Shown: positions 9,838 to 19,870, counted from the stretch's first letter. The stretch is 64,000 bases of DNA from an uncultured Actinomycetota bacterium (GCA_963849365.1 CAWKHA010000002.1:3091-67090), one strand, 5' to 3'. Made by a program: numbers and translations. The notes: a model not told the origin generated them from the sequence alone.

Positions 9838-10329
9838 CTAGCGGGGCAGTCGCGGGACCCAGGCCCGGACCGACCGGCGGTACGCCTCGTACTGCGCGCC
9901 GTACCGCCGTCGCAGCACCGGCTCCTCGTACGTCCGCACGAACAGCGCGGTCGTCGCCCACACGACCGCCGCGTACGCGACCAGCACCGGGCGGGCGAGC
10001 AGCATCGCCTGACCGACGATCAGCAGCACGACGGCGACGTACATGGGGTTGCGCACGTACCGGTACAGGCCGCCGATCACCAGGCGCTCGGTGGGCGCGA
10101 CCGGGGCGGGCGTGCCGCCGCCCTCGAGGACGAACCGCACGAACGAGCCGACGAGCGCGCCCGCCGAGGCCACCACCAGCGCGGCACCGAGCACCCTGAC
10201 GACCACGAACCAGCCCGGCGCTGCGCCGCTGTCCCAGCCGGTCAGCAGCCACGGCACCAGACCCGCGACGACACCCGGGGCGACCACGAGGAACACGGCA
10301 CTGCCCGCCGCCGCCCTGACCGTCCGCAT
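9838..10329 (-). CDS. Isoprenylcysteine carboxylmethyltransferase/PEMT-family membrane protein
   Basis: GTPAPVAP..LV.GGLYRYVRNPMY and EEP.L...YG..YE.YRR.V.AW.PR. Confidence 0.88.
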   Translation of the reverse strand: MRTVRAAAGSAVFLVVAPGVVAGLVPWLLTGWDSGAAPGWFVVVRVLGAALVVASAGALVGSFVRFVLEGGGTPAPVAPTERLVIGGLYRYVRNPMYVAVVLLIVGQAMLLARPVLVAYAAVVWATTALFVRTYEEPVLRRRYGAQYEAYRRSVRAWVPRLPR

Positions 10330-10374
10330 CCCTCGACCCTGGCACCGGTCGGCCTGCTGGTCAGCCGTTCCGGC

Positions 10375-11136
10375 TCAGCTCTTCTCCCGGCTCCCCGGAC
10401 CACTGGTCTCCCAGCCCCGGCGCGTGGGGCGCGAGGCCGGGGCGGCGCGCGCGAGCGCCCGCCGCCGGTAGACCAGGTAGGGCCGGAACAGGTAGCCCAC
10501 CGGCGCGCTGAACGCGTGCACCAGGCGGGTGAACGGCCACAGCGCGAACAGCAGCATCCCGATGAGCACGTGCACGTGGTACGAGGCGTCCGCGTGCGCC
10601 ATCGCGGTCACGTCCGGGTGCAGCACGAACAGCGACCGGAACCACGGGGACACGGTGAGCCGGTAGTTGTGCGCGTCGCCGGTCGCCTTCACTCCCAGCA
10701 GCGTGGTCGCCAGCCCGGCCACGATGGCGGCCACCAGCACGACGTACATGGTCTTGTCGTTGCGCGTCGTGGCCATGAAGACGGGGCCGGTGGTGCGCCT
10801 GCGGTAGACCAGGATCGCCACCCCGACCAGGGTCGCGATCCCGGCGACGCCGCCGAGCAGCACGGCCTGTACGTGGTACGCCTCCTGGCTGAGCCCGAAC
10901 CGTTCGGTGAGGGACTTGGGCACCAGCAGGCCGATGATGTGCCCGACCAGGACGACGAGGATCCCGAAGTGGAAGAGCGGGCTGCCGAGCCGCAGCAGCC
11001 GCGACTCGTAGAGCTGGGACGACCGCGTCGTCCAGCCGAACTGGTCGTAGCGCCACCGCCAGACCGTGCCGCCGATGAGGACGGCGACCACGACGTACGG
11101 CAGCACGCCCCAGAGCACGATGTCGAGCGTGCTCAT
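10375..11136 (-). CDS. narI: Respiratory nitrate reductase gamma subunit
   Basis: RYDQFGWTTRSSQLYE, LFHFGIL...GH, H..IGMLLFALWPFTRLVH heme-ligand motifs; operon position. Confidence 0.96.
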   Translation of the reverse strand: MSTLDIVLWGVLPYVVVAVLIGGTVWRWRYDQFGWTTRSSQLYESRLLRLGSPLFHFGILVVLVGHIIGLLVPKSLTERFGLSQEAYHVQAVLLGGVAGIATLVGVAILVYRRRTTGPVFMATTRNDKTMYVVLVAAIVAGLATTLLGVKATGDAHNYRLTVSPWFRSLFVLHPDVTAMAHADASYHVHVLIGMLLFALWPFTRLVHAFSAPVGYLFRPYLVYRRRALARAAPASRPTRRGWETSGPGSREKS

Positions 11137-11804
11137 AGGCGCGCCCCCGTCGTCAGCAGCGACGTCGGCCCGAGGTCGACGTCGACCGGGCCCGGCCGGG
11201 CGCCGTAGCCGGCGAGCCCGACCTGCTCGTCCGGAGGTCCCGTGCGTGCCAGCGCCCGGGCCGCCGCCTCGTCCGCCGGCGAGGCCCCGGGGAGCAGCGC
11301 GCAGACCGCCTCGACCGGCTCGGCGTACGGCGAGTCGAGCTCATGCAGGGCCAGCCGCAGCAGCTCGAGCCCGGGCCGGTAGCCCTGCAGCAGCGCGACG
11401 CCGTCCGCAACGTCCACGGCGGCCGCGTACTCCAGGACGACCGGGAGGAAGTCGGGCAGCTCGGTCGACACGAGCGCGAAACCGTGCTCGCGGTACAGCT
11501 GCTTGAGCCGGGCCAGCGCCAGTCCGCGCCGGCGCGTCTCCCCCTCGGTCCACCAGGTCAGGTACAGGCAGCACCGTCGCTTGAGGTCCAGCGTCCGGAC
11601 GTAGTGCTCCTGCCGCCCCAGCGGCGTCATCGACGCAGTCCGGTCGAAGAACGCCGACAGGTGCCGACGCGACGCGCCCGCGGCCAGCCCGGTGACCGCG
11701 ACCTGCACGACCGGCAGCGCCGCGAGGATGCTCTCGTCGGGGTACTGCAGCAGCACCGATGCTGCCTGCAGCACGACTGCGGTCTCGTGCGGGCGCCTTG
11801 TCAT
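11133..11804 (-). CDS. narJ: Nitrate reductase molybdenum cofactor assembly chaperone
   Basis: ASVLLQYPD, YVRTLD...CCLYLTWW..G.TR.RG and ELPDFLPVVLEY; ATGA overlaps on both sides. Confidence 0.93.
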   Translation of the reverse strand: MTRRPHETAVVLQAASVLLQYPDESILAALPVVQVAVTGLAAGASRRHLSAFFDRTASMTPLGRQEHYVRTLDLKRRCCLYLTWWTEGETRRRGLALARLKQLYREHGFALVSTELPDFLPVVLEYAAAVDVADGVALLQGYRPGLELLRLALHELDSPYAEPVEAVCALLPGASPADEAAARALARTGPPDEQVGLAGYGARPGPVDVDLGPTSLLTTGARL

Positions 11805-13483
11805 CGGTCGCCCTCGGTGTCGGCGGGCTCGCGCCGCGGCGGGAAGATGCCGCCGGGGGCGCCCTTGCCGTCCCAGTTGAGGAGGTTGACCCGGGACCTC
11901 GGCTGGTCGGTGTCGGCGATCCCGCCGCCGGTCTGCCGCTGCCGCAACGCGTGGAAGGTCTCCACCGACACCGGGGCGGGCCGTCCCGAAGCCTCGCCGA
12001 AAGGCCCGCTGTCGAGCATCCCCGGGCCGCCGTCGAAGTCCAGGCTGCAGGCGGTCTCCTCCAGCGCGTGACCCTGCTCCGCGTAGGCCGACGGGATGAC
12101 GTACCGCTCGTCGTACTTGGCGATCGCGAGCAGCCGGTACATCGCCGTGACCTCGGCACCGGTCAGGCCCGCGGCCGCCGCGATCGACTCGTCGACGCCC
12201 TCGTCCAGCGTGACCCGGCGCATGTACGCGCGCATGGCCGCGAGCCGCTGCAGCACGGCGGTCACCGGGGCGGTGTCCCCGGCGGTGAACAGCCCGGCCA
12301 GGTACTCGACCGGGATGCGCAGCGTCTGGATCGCCCCGAACAGGTTGTCGACGTCCTCGGCGTCGTGGCCGGTGTCGCGCAGCGCCTCGGCGACGGGTGA
12401 CAACGGCGGCACGTACCAGACCATCGGCAGGGTGCGGAACTCCGGGTGCAGCGGCAGCGCCAGCTTGTACGTCTTCGCGAGGGCGTACACCGGTGACGCC
12501 TGCGCGGCCTCGATCCAGTCGTCGCTGATGCCCTCCCGGCGCGCGGCGGCGACCACCTCGGGGTCGCGCGGGTCCAGCATCAGGTCGAGCTGCGCCTCGT
12601 ACAGGTCCTGCGGGTCTTCGGTCGCGGCCGCGGCGCTGACGCGGTCCGCGTCGTACAGCACGAGCCCGATGTAGCGCAGCCGCCCGACGCAGGTCTCGCT
12701 GCACACCGTCGGCAGGCCGACCTCGACGCGCGGGTAGCAGAACGTGCACTTCTCCGCCTTGCCGGTGCGGTGGTTGAAGTACACCTTCTTGTACGGGCAG
12801 CCGGTCACGCACATCCGCCAGCCCCGGCAGCGGTCCTGGTCGACCAGCACGATGCCGTCCTCGCTGCGCTTGTACATCGCCCCGGACGGGCAGGACGCGA
12901 CGCAGGACGGGTTCAGGCAGTGCTCGCAGATGCGCGGCAGGAAGAACATGAACGCCTGCTCGTACTCGAACGTGACCTTGGCCGACGCGTCGCGGCGCAG
13001 CTGCTCGACGATCGGGTCCAGGTGGCCGTGCTCGGGCGCCCCGCCGAGGTCGTCGTCCCAGTTGGCGCTCCACTCGATGGTGGTGTTCTGGCCGGTGAGC
13101 AGCGACTTGGGCCGGGCCACCGGGAAGTCGTCCCCGAGCGGCGCTGAGATCAGGTTCTCGTAGTCGTACGTCCAGGGCTCGTAGTAGTCCTTGATGTTCG
13201 GCAGCAGCGGGTTGGAGAAGATCGAGAGCAGCTTGCGGGCGCGGCCGCCGGCCTTGAGCGTCAGCCGGCCCCGGCTGTTCAGCCGCCAGCCGCCGCGCCA
13301 GCGCTCCTGGTCCTCGTAGCGGCGCGGGTAGCCCTGTCCCGGGCGGGTCTCGACGTTGTTGAACCAGACGTACTCGACTCCGGACCGGTTGGTCCACGCC
13401 TGCTTGCAGGTGACCGAGCAGGTGTGGCAGCCGATGCACTTGTCCAGGTTCATGACCATCGCCAGCTGCGCCATGACCTTCAT
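11801..13483 (-). CDS. narH: Nitrate reductase beta subunit
   Basis: MKVMAQLAMVMNLDKCIGCHTCSVTCK, CEHCLNPSCVASCP, CRGWRMCVTGCP and CTFCYPR...CSETCVGR. Confidence 0.98.
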   Translation of the reverse strand: MKVMAQLAMVMNLDKCIGCHTCSVTCKQAWTNRSGVEYVWFNNVETRPGQGYPRRYEDQERWRGGWRLNSRGRLTLKAGGRARKLLSIFSNPLLPNIKDYYEPWTYDYENLISAPLGDDFPVARPKSLLTGQNTTIEWSANWDDDLGGAPEHGHLDPIVEQLRRDASAKVTFEYEQAFMFFLPRICEHCLNPSCVASCPSGAMYKRSEDGIVLVDQDRCRGWRMCVTGCPYKKVYFNHRTGKAEKCTFCYPRVEVGLPTVCSETCVGRLRYIGLVLYDADRVSAAAATEDPQDLYEAQLDLMLDPRDPEVVAAARREGISDDWIEAAQASPVYALAKTYKLALPLHPEFRTLPMVWYVPPLSPVAEALRDTGHDAEDVDNLFGAIQTLRIPVEYLAGLFTAGDTAPVTAVLQRLAAMRAYMRRVTLDEGVDESIAAAAGLTGAEVTAMYRLLAIAKYDERYVIPSAYAEQGHALEETACSLDFDGGPGMLDSGPFGEASGRPAPVSVETFHALRQRQTGGGIADTDQPRSRVNLLNWDGKGAPGGIFPPRREPADTEGDR

Positions 13484-16400
13484 CAGTAGGTCACCTCCTG
13501 GCTGCGCCGGCGCACCACGGTGACCTCGTCCCGCTGGTTGCCGGTGGGGCCGAGGTAGTTGAAGGCGAAGGACAGCTGGGCGTAGCCGCCGACCAGGTGC
13601 GTCGGCTTCACCAGGACACGCGTGAGGGAGTTGTGGATCCCGCCGCGCCGGCCGGAGGTCTCCGCGACCGGGACGTTCACCACGCGCTCCTGGGCGTGGT
13701 AGACGAAGACGGTGCCCTCCGGGAGCCGGTGCGTGACGATCGCGCGCGCGACCAGCACGCCGTTGCGGTTCACGGCCTCCACCCACTCGTTGTCCTTGAC
13801 CTCGATGGCCGCGGCGTCCTGCACGCTCATCCAGATCGTGGGCCCGCCGCGGGACAGCGACAGCATCAGCAGGTTGTCCTGGTACTCGGAGTGGATGGAC
13901 CACTTCGAGTGCGGCGTGAGGTAGCGGACCGTGACCTGCTTGGACCCGTCGGGGCCGATCCGCGGCTCGCCGAACAGCTGGTGCATGTCCAGCGGCGGGC
14001 GGTAGATGGGCATCGTCTCGCCGAACTCGTGCATCCAGTCGTGGTCCAGGAAGAAGTGCATGCGCCCGGTGAGCGTGTGCCAGGGCTTGAGCCGCTCGAC
14101 GTTGATGGTGAAGGGTGCGTACCGCCGACCGCCGGTCTCGCTGCCGGACCACTCCGGGCTGGTGATCACCGGGACCGGTCGGGCCTGGGTGTCGGCGAAG
14201 CTGATCCGCTTCTCCTCGCTGCCCTCGGCCAGGTCGACGAGGTGCCGGCCGGTGCGCTCCTCGAGGCGGCGGAAGCCCTCGACCGCGAGCCGTCCGTTGG
14301 TCGTCCCGGACAGGGCCAGGATCGTCTCGGCCATCTTCGCGTCGCTGTCCAGGGCGGGCCGCCCGTCACCCGCGCCGCCGAGCATGACGCCGTTCGACGC
14401 GGCCAGCCTGGCGACCTCCTGGTCGGGCACCACCGTGACCGCCTTGGTGGTCAGCCCGAGCCGCTCGACCAGCGGGCCGAGCGAGGCGAGCTTGTCGGCC
14501 ACGGCGCCGTAGTCCCGCTCCACCACGGTGAACGCCGGCATCGTGCGGCCCGGCACCATCGGAGCCGAACCGTCCCGCCAGTCGAGCACGCGGCCGCCGG
14601 GCTGGGCCGTCTCCCCCGGCGAGTCGTGCTGCAGCGGGGTGGCGACCAGGTCGCTGCGTACGCCCAGGTGCGTCCTGGCCAGCTCGCTGAAGCGCCGGGC
14701 GACGGCGTGGAACGCGTCGAAGTCCGACCGCGTCTGGAACGGCGGGTCGATCGCCGGCGTGAAGGCGTGCACGAACGGGTGCATGTCGGTCGAGGACAGG
14801 TCGTGCTTCTCGTACCACGTCGCCGCGGGCAGGACGACGTCGGACAGCAGCGTGGAGCTGGTCATGCGGAAGTCGAGGGAGACCAGCAGGTCGAGCTTGC
14901 CCTCGGGGGCCTCGTCGTGCCAGGTCACGTCCCGCGGGCGGCGGTCGAGCGGAGTCTCGTCGGCGCGCACGCTGGAGTGCGTCCCGAGCAGATGCTTGAG
15001 GAAGTACTCGTTGCCCTTGGAGGAGGACCCGAGCAGGTTCGCCCGCCAGAGCGTCAGCACGCGCGGCCAGTTCTCCGGCGCGTCCGGGTCCTCGGCGGCC
15101 CACCTGAGCGCGCCGGCGCGGAGCTGGTCGACGATGTACTCCCCCGGCTGCACGCCGGCAGCGGCCGCACCCTCGGCGAGGTCCAGGGGGCTGCGGTCGA
15201 ACTGCGGGTAGGAGGGCATCCAGCCGAGCCGCGCCGACTGCGCGATCGTGTCGGCCGTGTGCATCCCGGCCAGGTGGCCCGCGGCGAGCGGGGACGTGAG
15301 CGCGTCGGCCCGGTAGCCGTCGTACCGCCACTGGTCGGTGTGCGTGTACCAGAACGCGGTCCCGATCATCTGCCGCGGCGGGCGCACCCAGTCCAGCGCC
15401 ATGGCCATCGTGGCGTGACCTGTCAGCGGGCGGCACTTCTCCTGGCCGACGTAGTGCGCCCAGCCGCCGCCGTTGCGTCCCATCGAGCCGGTGAACAGCA
15501 GCAGCGACAGGATGGCCCGGTAGGTGGCGTCGCCGTGGAACCACTGGCAGACGCCGGCCCCCATGATGATCATGGTGCGGCCCTGCGAGACCTCCGCGTT
15601 GCGGGCCATCTCGCGAGCCACCCGGACGCACTGGTCGGCCGGCACCGAGGTCAGCGACTCCTGCCAGGCCGGCGTGTACGGCTCATCGACGTCGTCGTAG
15701 CCCGACGGCCAGGTCCCCGGCAGACCGGGACGGCCCACGCCGTACTGCGCGAGGACGAGGTCGAAGACCGTCGTCACCAGCCGGCCGCCGACCCTGCGCA
15801 CGGGCACTCCGCGGTGCAGCACCTCGCCGTGCCCGTCGGGTGTGTCGAAGCGTGGCAGCAGCACCTCCACGGGCTGCTCGCCCAGCGGGTCGGACTGCAG
15901 CGTGAGCTGGGGGGCGACGCCGTCGAGGTCGAGGTTCCACCGACCCCGCCCGGACTCGGTGTGGCGGAAGCCGAGCGACCCGTTCGGGACCACGGTGCCG
16001 CCGGTGCGCCCGTCCACCAGCACCGTCTTCCACTGCGCGCCCTCGGTCTCGTCGCCGAGGTCGGCGGCGGTCAGGAACTTGCCGGGGACGTGGGACCCGT
16101 CCCGCTCGTCCAGCGTCACCAGGAAGGGCATGTCCGTGTACAGCCCGAGGTAGTCGGTGAAGAACGGCGTGCGCCGGTCGACCAGGTACTCCTTCAGGAC
16201 GACGTGCCCCATGGCCATGGCCAGGGCGCCGTCGGTGCCGGGCTGGGCCGGCATCCACTCGTCGGCGAACTTGGTGTTGTCCGCGTAGTCCGGCGAGATC
16301 GTCACGACCTTCTGGCCTTTGTAGCGCGCCTCCGCCATCCAGTGCGCGTCCGGCGTGCGCGTGACCGGGACGTTCGACCCCCACATCAGCAGGTACGTCG

Positions 16401-17157
16401 CGTTCCACCAGTCGCCGGACTCGGGCACGTCGGTCTGGTCGCCGAACACCTGCGGCGAGGCGACCGGAAGGTCGGCGTACCAGTCGTAGAACGAGGTCAT
16501 CACGCCGCCGAGCAGCTCGATGAACCGGGCCCCGACCGCGTGCGACACCATCGACATCGCCGGGATCGGCGAGAACCCGACGACCCGGTCCGGCCCGTAC
16601 GTGCGGATCGTGTGCACGTGGGCGGCCGCGATGATCTCGACGGCCTCCTCCCACTGCACCCGCACGTGGCCGCCCTTGCCGCGAGCCCGCTGGTAGCGGC
16701 GGCGGCGCTCCGGGTCCCCCACGACGTCGGCCCACGCCAGCACCGGGTCGCCGAGACGGGCCTTGGCCTCGCGGTACATCTCGACGAGCACGCCGCGCAC
16801 GTACGGGAAGCGGACCCGGGTCGGCGAGTACGTGTACCAGGAGAACGCGGCGCCGCGCGGGCAGCCGCGCGGCTCGTACTCCGGGGAGTCCGGCCCGACG
16901 CTGGGGTAGTCGGTCTGCTGGCTCTCCCAGGTGATGATGCCGTCCTTGACGTAGACCTTCCACGAGCAGGAGCCGGTGCAGTTCACGCCGTGCGTCGAGC
17001 GGACCACCTTGTCGTGGCTCCACCGGTCCCGGTAGAACACGTCACCGTCACGGCCGCCGGTGTGCTCCACCGAACGCAGGTCCGGCGATGTCTGCGCGCT
17101 GCGGTCGAAGAAGCGACCGAGCCGGAGCAGAGCGTCGGCACCGGTCCCGGTGCTCAC
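13483..17157 (-). CDS. narG: Nitrate reductase alpha subunit
   Basis: STHGVNCTGSCSW, EPRGCPRGA, SFYDWYADLP and TPHSKWSIHS; the GTG start overlaps the narK stop. Confidence 0.98.
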   Translation of the reverse strand: MSTGTGADALLRLGRFFDRSAQTSPDLRSVEHTGGRDGDVFYRDRWSHDKVVRSTHGVNCTGSCSWKVYVKDGIITWESQQTDYPSVGPDSPEYEPRGCPRGAAFSWYTYSPTRVRFPYVRGVLVEMYREAKARLGDPVLAWADVVGDPERRRRYQRARGKGGHVRVQWEEAVEIIAAAHVHTIRTYGPDRVVGFSPIPAMSMVSHAVGARFIELLGGVMTSFYDWYADLPVASPQVFGDQTDVPESGDWWNATYLLMWGSNVPVTRTPDAHWMAEARYKGQKVVTISPDYADNTKFADEWMPAQPGTDGALAMAMGHVVLKEYLVDRRTPFFTDYLGLYTDMPFLVTLDERDGSHVPGKFLTAADLGDETEGAQWKTVLVDGRTGGTVVPNGSLGFRHTESGRGRWNLDLDGVAPQLTLQSDPLGEQPVEVLLPRFDTPDGHGEVLHRGVPVRRVGGRLVTTVFDLVLAQYGVGRPGLPGTWPSGYDDVDEPYTPAWQESLTSVPADQCVRVAREMARNAEVSQGRTMIIMGAGVCQWFHGDATYRAILSLLLFTGSMGRNGGGWAHYVGQEKCRPLTGHATMAMALDWVRPPRQMIGTAFWYTHTDQWRYDGYRADALTSPLAAGHLAGMHTADTIAQSARLGWMPSYPQFDRSPLDLAEGAAAAGVQPGEYIVDQLRAGALRWAAEDPDAPENWPRVLTLWRANLLGSSSKGNEYFLKHLLGTHSSVRADETPLDRRPRDVTWHDEAPEGKLDLLVSLDFRMTSSTLLSDVVLPAATWYEKHDLSSTDMHPFVHAFTPAIDPPFQTRSDFDAFHAVARRFSELARTHLGVRSDLVATPLQHDSPGETAQPGGRVLDWRDGSAPMVPGRTMPAFTVVERDYGAVADKLASLGPLVERLGLTTKAVTVVPDQEVARLAASNGVMLGGAGDGRPALDSDAKMAETILALSGTTNGRLAVEGFRRLEERTGRHLVDLAEGSEEKRISFADTQARPVPVITSPEWSGSETGGRRYAPFTINVERLKPWHTLTGRMHFFLDHDWMHEFGETMPIYRPPLDMHQLFGEPRIGPDGSKQVTVRYLTPHSKWSIHSEYQDNLLMLSLSRGGPTIWMSVQDAAAIEVKDNEWVEAVNRNGVLVARAIVTHRLPEGTVFVYHAQERVVNVPVAETSGRRGGIHNSLTRVLVKPTHLVGGYAQLSFAFNYLGPTGNQRDEVTVVRRRSQEVTY

Positions 17158-18374
17158 GCGTGCACCGCGGCCGGACGGCGCACCACGGTGGCCGTGAAGA
17201 CGAGGGTGCCCAGGGCGACCAGCGCCAGCAGGGCGAGCCCGAGCCCGTACGAGCCGGAACGGCCGTAGACCGCCCCCATCAGCAGTGGCGGGACGAAGCC
17301 ACCGAGCCCACCCGCCGCCCCGACCACACCGGTGACCGCGCCCACGGTCCCGGCCGGACTGCGCTGGGCGACGAGCGCGAACGTCGCGCCCGCACCCGCG
17401 CCGAGCGCGCCCGCCATGGTCAGGAAGGCCGTGGTCCCGACCGGGATGAGTGAGGGGGTCGCGGCCTGCACGGTCGCCCCGGCCGCGACGACGGCGAAGA
17501 CGCCGACGAGGACCGGGACCGGGCCGAAGCGGTCGGACAGCCAGCCGCCCACCGGCCGCATCACGACCGCGACCAGGACGAAGCCGGCCATGCGGTTGGC
17601 CGCGTCGGCCTGGGCGAGGCCGTAGCCGGTCTTGAGATAGGTGGGCAGGTACACCGAGAACGCGACGTAGCCGCCGAAGGCGAGCGCGTACAGGGCCGAC
17701 GCCTGCCACGTGATCGGCATGCGCAGCGCCGCCGCCAGACGCGTCGTCACCCGCTCGGTCGGGAGCACGCGTCCGGGCGCGTCACGCAGCACCAGCATGG
17801 CGACGAGCCCGTACCCGGCCAGGACGACCGCAGTCAGCACGAACGGGCTGGCGAAGCCGTGGCCCGCGGCGAGCTTCACCGTGGTCAGCGCACTGATCGC
17901 CGTGCCGCCCATGCCGGCGCCGAAGACACCGATCGCGGTGCCGCGCCGCTGCGGGGTGTACCACGCGTTGACGAACGGCACGCCGACCGCGAACGCGGTC
18001 CCGGCGATGCCGAGGAAGAAGCCGCCGACCAGCAGCCCGGCGAGCGAGTTGTGTCCCCACAGGCCCAGGTAGAGCACCGGCACGATCGCCGCGAACGAGA
18101 CGGCCGGGAACATCACCCGGCCGCCCAGGCGGTCGGTCAGCGCGCCGACCGGGATCCGCCCCAGCGCACCCACGATGACCGGGACCGCGACGATCAGGGC
18201 CTGCTGGAACGAGGTCAGGTGCAGGTTGTCCTTGAGCTTCGGCCCGAGCGGGCTGAGCAGGGCCCAGGCCCAGAAGTTGAGCGCGAAACCGAGGGTCGCC
18301 AGGCCGAGCATCAGGCCGGGCGAGGCGAGCGCGGTGCCGGACGGCGCCGCCCGGCCCTTCTGTTCAGTGCTCAC
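17154..18374 (-). CDS. narK: MFS nitrate/nitrite transporter
   Basis: NFWAW, GRIPVGALTDR.GGR, GVPFVNAWY...RRG.A.G.FG.G.GG and VGAAGGLGGF.PP; directly upstream of narG. Confidence 0.92.
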   Translation of the reverse strand: MSTEQKGRAAPSGTALASPGLMLGLATLGFALNFWAWALLSPLGPKLKDNLHLTSFQQALIVAVPVIVGALGRIPVGALTDRLGGRVMFPAVSFAAIVPVLYLGLWGHNSLAGLLVGGFFLGIAGTAFAVGVPFVNAWYTPQRRGTAIGVFGAGMGGTAISALTTVKLAAGHGFASPFVLTAVVLAGYGLVAMLVLRDAPGRVLPTERVTTRLAAALRMPITWQASALYALAFGGYVAFSVYLPTYLKTGYGLAQADAANRMAGFVLVAVVMRPVGGWLSDRFGPVPVLVGVFAVVAAGATVQAATPSLIPVGTTAFLTMAGALGAGAGATFALVAQRSPAGTVGAVTGVVGAAGGLGGFVPPLLMGAVYGRSGSYGLGLALLALVALGTLVFTATVVRRPAAVHA

Positions 18375-19066
18375 GGGACTCGCTCCTCGGTGAGTGTGTT
18401 CGGGACGAGGCCCAGGTCGGGGCCGGGAACCGGTTCCAGGTACAACAGGCAGGGGCCGGAGCCGGTGAGCACGGGCCGGAGGTCGGCCGTCAGGCGGGCC
18501 CCGACCGCCTCGAGGATCCCGGTGACCAGGCCCTGGTGGACGCCGCAGACCACCTCCGGATGCTCGACCGCGAGCTCGCGGAACGGGCACCGGTGCAGCT
18601 CGATCGTCCGACCACCCGCGGCGAGGGTGGGCCGGAACCCGGTGTCCTCGAAGAGCGTCATCAGGGCTCCGACCGCGTCGGTGGAGCCGACCTGTTCGGT
18701 CGCGCTCAGCGCCTGCCGGGCCCAGGTCCGGCCCGCGTCGGCGGGGAGCTGCGGGCGACCGGACTGCGCCAGCTCCCGCGCGAGCAGCCCGGCAAGGACC
18801 CGGTAGGCGGAGGCGGGGTCGACGCCCTCAGCGGGCGCAGCGGTGTAGAGGATGGCCGGCCGTCCGGGGCCGTCGTGGCCGGGGTCCTTGGCCGAGCGGG
18901 CCGCGCGGAGCACGATCAGCTGCTTGAGGTGGAACCGGACGGCGTTCGCGGACAGTCCGGTCGCGTCCTGCAGAGCGCCCACGCCCAGCGGAGCGGGCGC
19001 CCCGCGCAGGACGGCTAGCACCCGGTCACGGCTGCCCTCGGGTACCGGGTCGGGTGCTGGGGCCAC
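18371..19066 (-). CDS. Winged-HTH regulator with three C-terminal Cys (ArnR/SufR-like)
   Basis: HTH LS.NAVRFHL..L, GPGRPA..Y, HRCPF-x-VVCGVH...GPC. The GTG at 19066 lies about 6 nt after the -10-like AAAACT, so it may be leaderless; GTG 19090 is an alternative start. Confidence 0.8.
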   Translation of the reverse strand: MAPAPDPVPEGSRDRVLAVLRGAPAPLGVGALQDATGLSANAVRFHLKQLIVLRAARSAKDPGHDGPGRPAILYTAAPAEGVDPASAYRVLAGLLARELAQSGRPQLPADAGRTWARQALSATEQVGSTDAVGALMTLFEDTGFRPTLAAGGRTIELHRCPFRELAVEHPEVVCGVHQGLVTGILEAVGARLTADLRPVLTGSGPCLLYLEPVPGPDLGLVPNTLTEERVP

Positions 19067-19072
19067 CTCCGC

Positions 19073-19116
19073 AGTTTTTTGCCTATCCACTGGTGACAAC
19101 CAGGGACTTAGGTCCC
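19073..19116 (-). promoter_or_regulatory. DosR-like box plus -10 for the regulator-narK-narGHJI operon
   Basis: Near-perfect palindrome GGGACTTAGGTCCC at 19103-19116; AAAACT on the minus strand at 19073-19078. Confidence 0.75.
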
Positions 19117-19196
19117 GGTACCGACCCGGCAGATCCCCTGCTCGTCCTCGAGCGGCCGCCCCGGAGCTAGACTCGACAGTCTCCGGACGGAGAGCG

Positions 19197-19847
19197 ATGA
19201 GCATCGAAGCCGCTGGCCGCACGACCATGACACACGCCGATCAGCTGGAGCTGCTCGTCGACGCGGTCGAGGAGTACGCGATCTTCATGCTCGCCCCCGA
19301 CGGCCGGGTCGTCACGTGGAACGCGGGGGCTCGCCGGATCAAGGGCTACACCGCCCACGAGATCGTGGGGAAGCACTTCCGGGTCTTCTACCCGCCGGAG
19401 GACATCGCCGCCGGCAAGCCCGAGAGCGAACTCGCCCAGGCGCTCAAGTCCGGTCAGTGCCAGGACGAGGGCTGGCGACTGCGCAAGGACGGCAGCCGGT
19501 TCTGGGCCAACGTCGTGATCACCGCCGTCGTCGACCAGGACGGCCGCCCCGAAGGCTTCGCCAAGATCACCCGGGACGACACCGACCGCAGGCGGGCCGA
19601 GGAGCAGGTGCGCCGGCTCGAGCTGCTCACCGAGCGGGAGCGCATCGCCGGCCAGCTGCACGAGCAGATCGTGCACCGGATCTTCGGTGCGGGCCTGGCC
19701 CTGGAGAGCTCGCTCCAGTTCATCCACGACGCCAGCGCCGAGCGCCGGATCCAGGACGCGGTCGAGATGCTCGACGAAGCCGTCAAGGAGATCCGTGCGG
19801 TGGCGCTGGGACTTCGCGAGACCGGCACCATCGGCCCGGCGACCTAG
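19197..19847 (+). CDS. PAS domain plus HisKA_3-type DHp domain, no ATPase domain
   Basis: YAIFML.PDG.V.TWN.GA.RIKGY...EIVG.HF..FY, EGWRLRKDGSRFWANVVIT and GFAKITRD; then ERERIAGQLHEQIVHRIF..GL.L; stops after EIRAVALGLR. TAGACT -10 at 19168-19173. Confidence 0.85.
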   Translation: MSIEAAGRTTMTHADQLELLVDAVEEYAIFMLAPDGRVVTWNAGARRIKGYTAHEIVGKHFRVFYPPEDIAAGKPESELAQALKSGQCQDEGWRLRKDGSRFWANVVITAVVDQDGRPEGFAKITRDDTDRRRAEEQVRRLELLTERERIAGQLHEQIVHRIFGAGLALESSLQFIHDASAERRIQDAVEMLDEAVKEIRAVALGLRETGTIGPAT

Positions 19848-19870
19848 CAGGCCGGTCCCGACGCGCCCGG

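Noticed and set aside
13597-17268. Very long antisense or alternate-frame ORFs (also 1532-4429, 32322-35141, 47352-50423, 59268-61673)
   Set aside because: Shadows of real high-GC genes; Arg/Gly/Pro-rich with no recognisable motifs.
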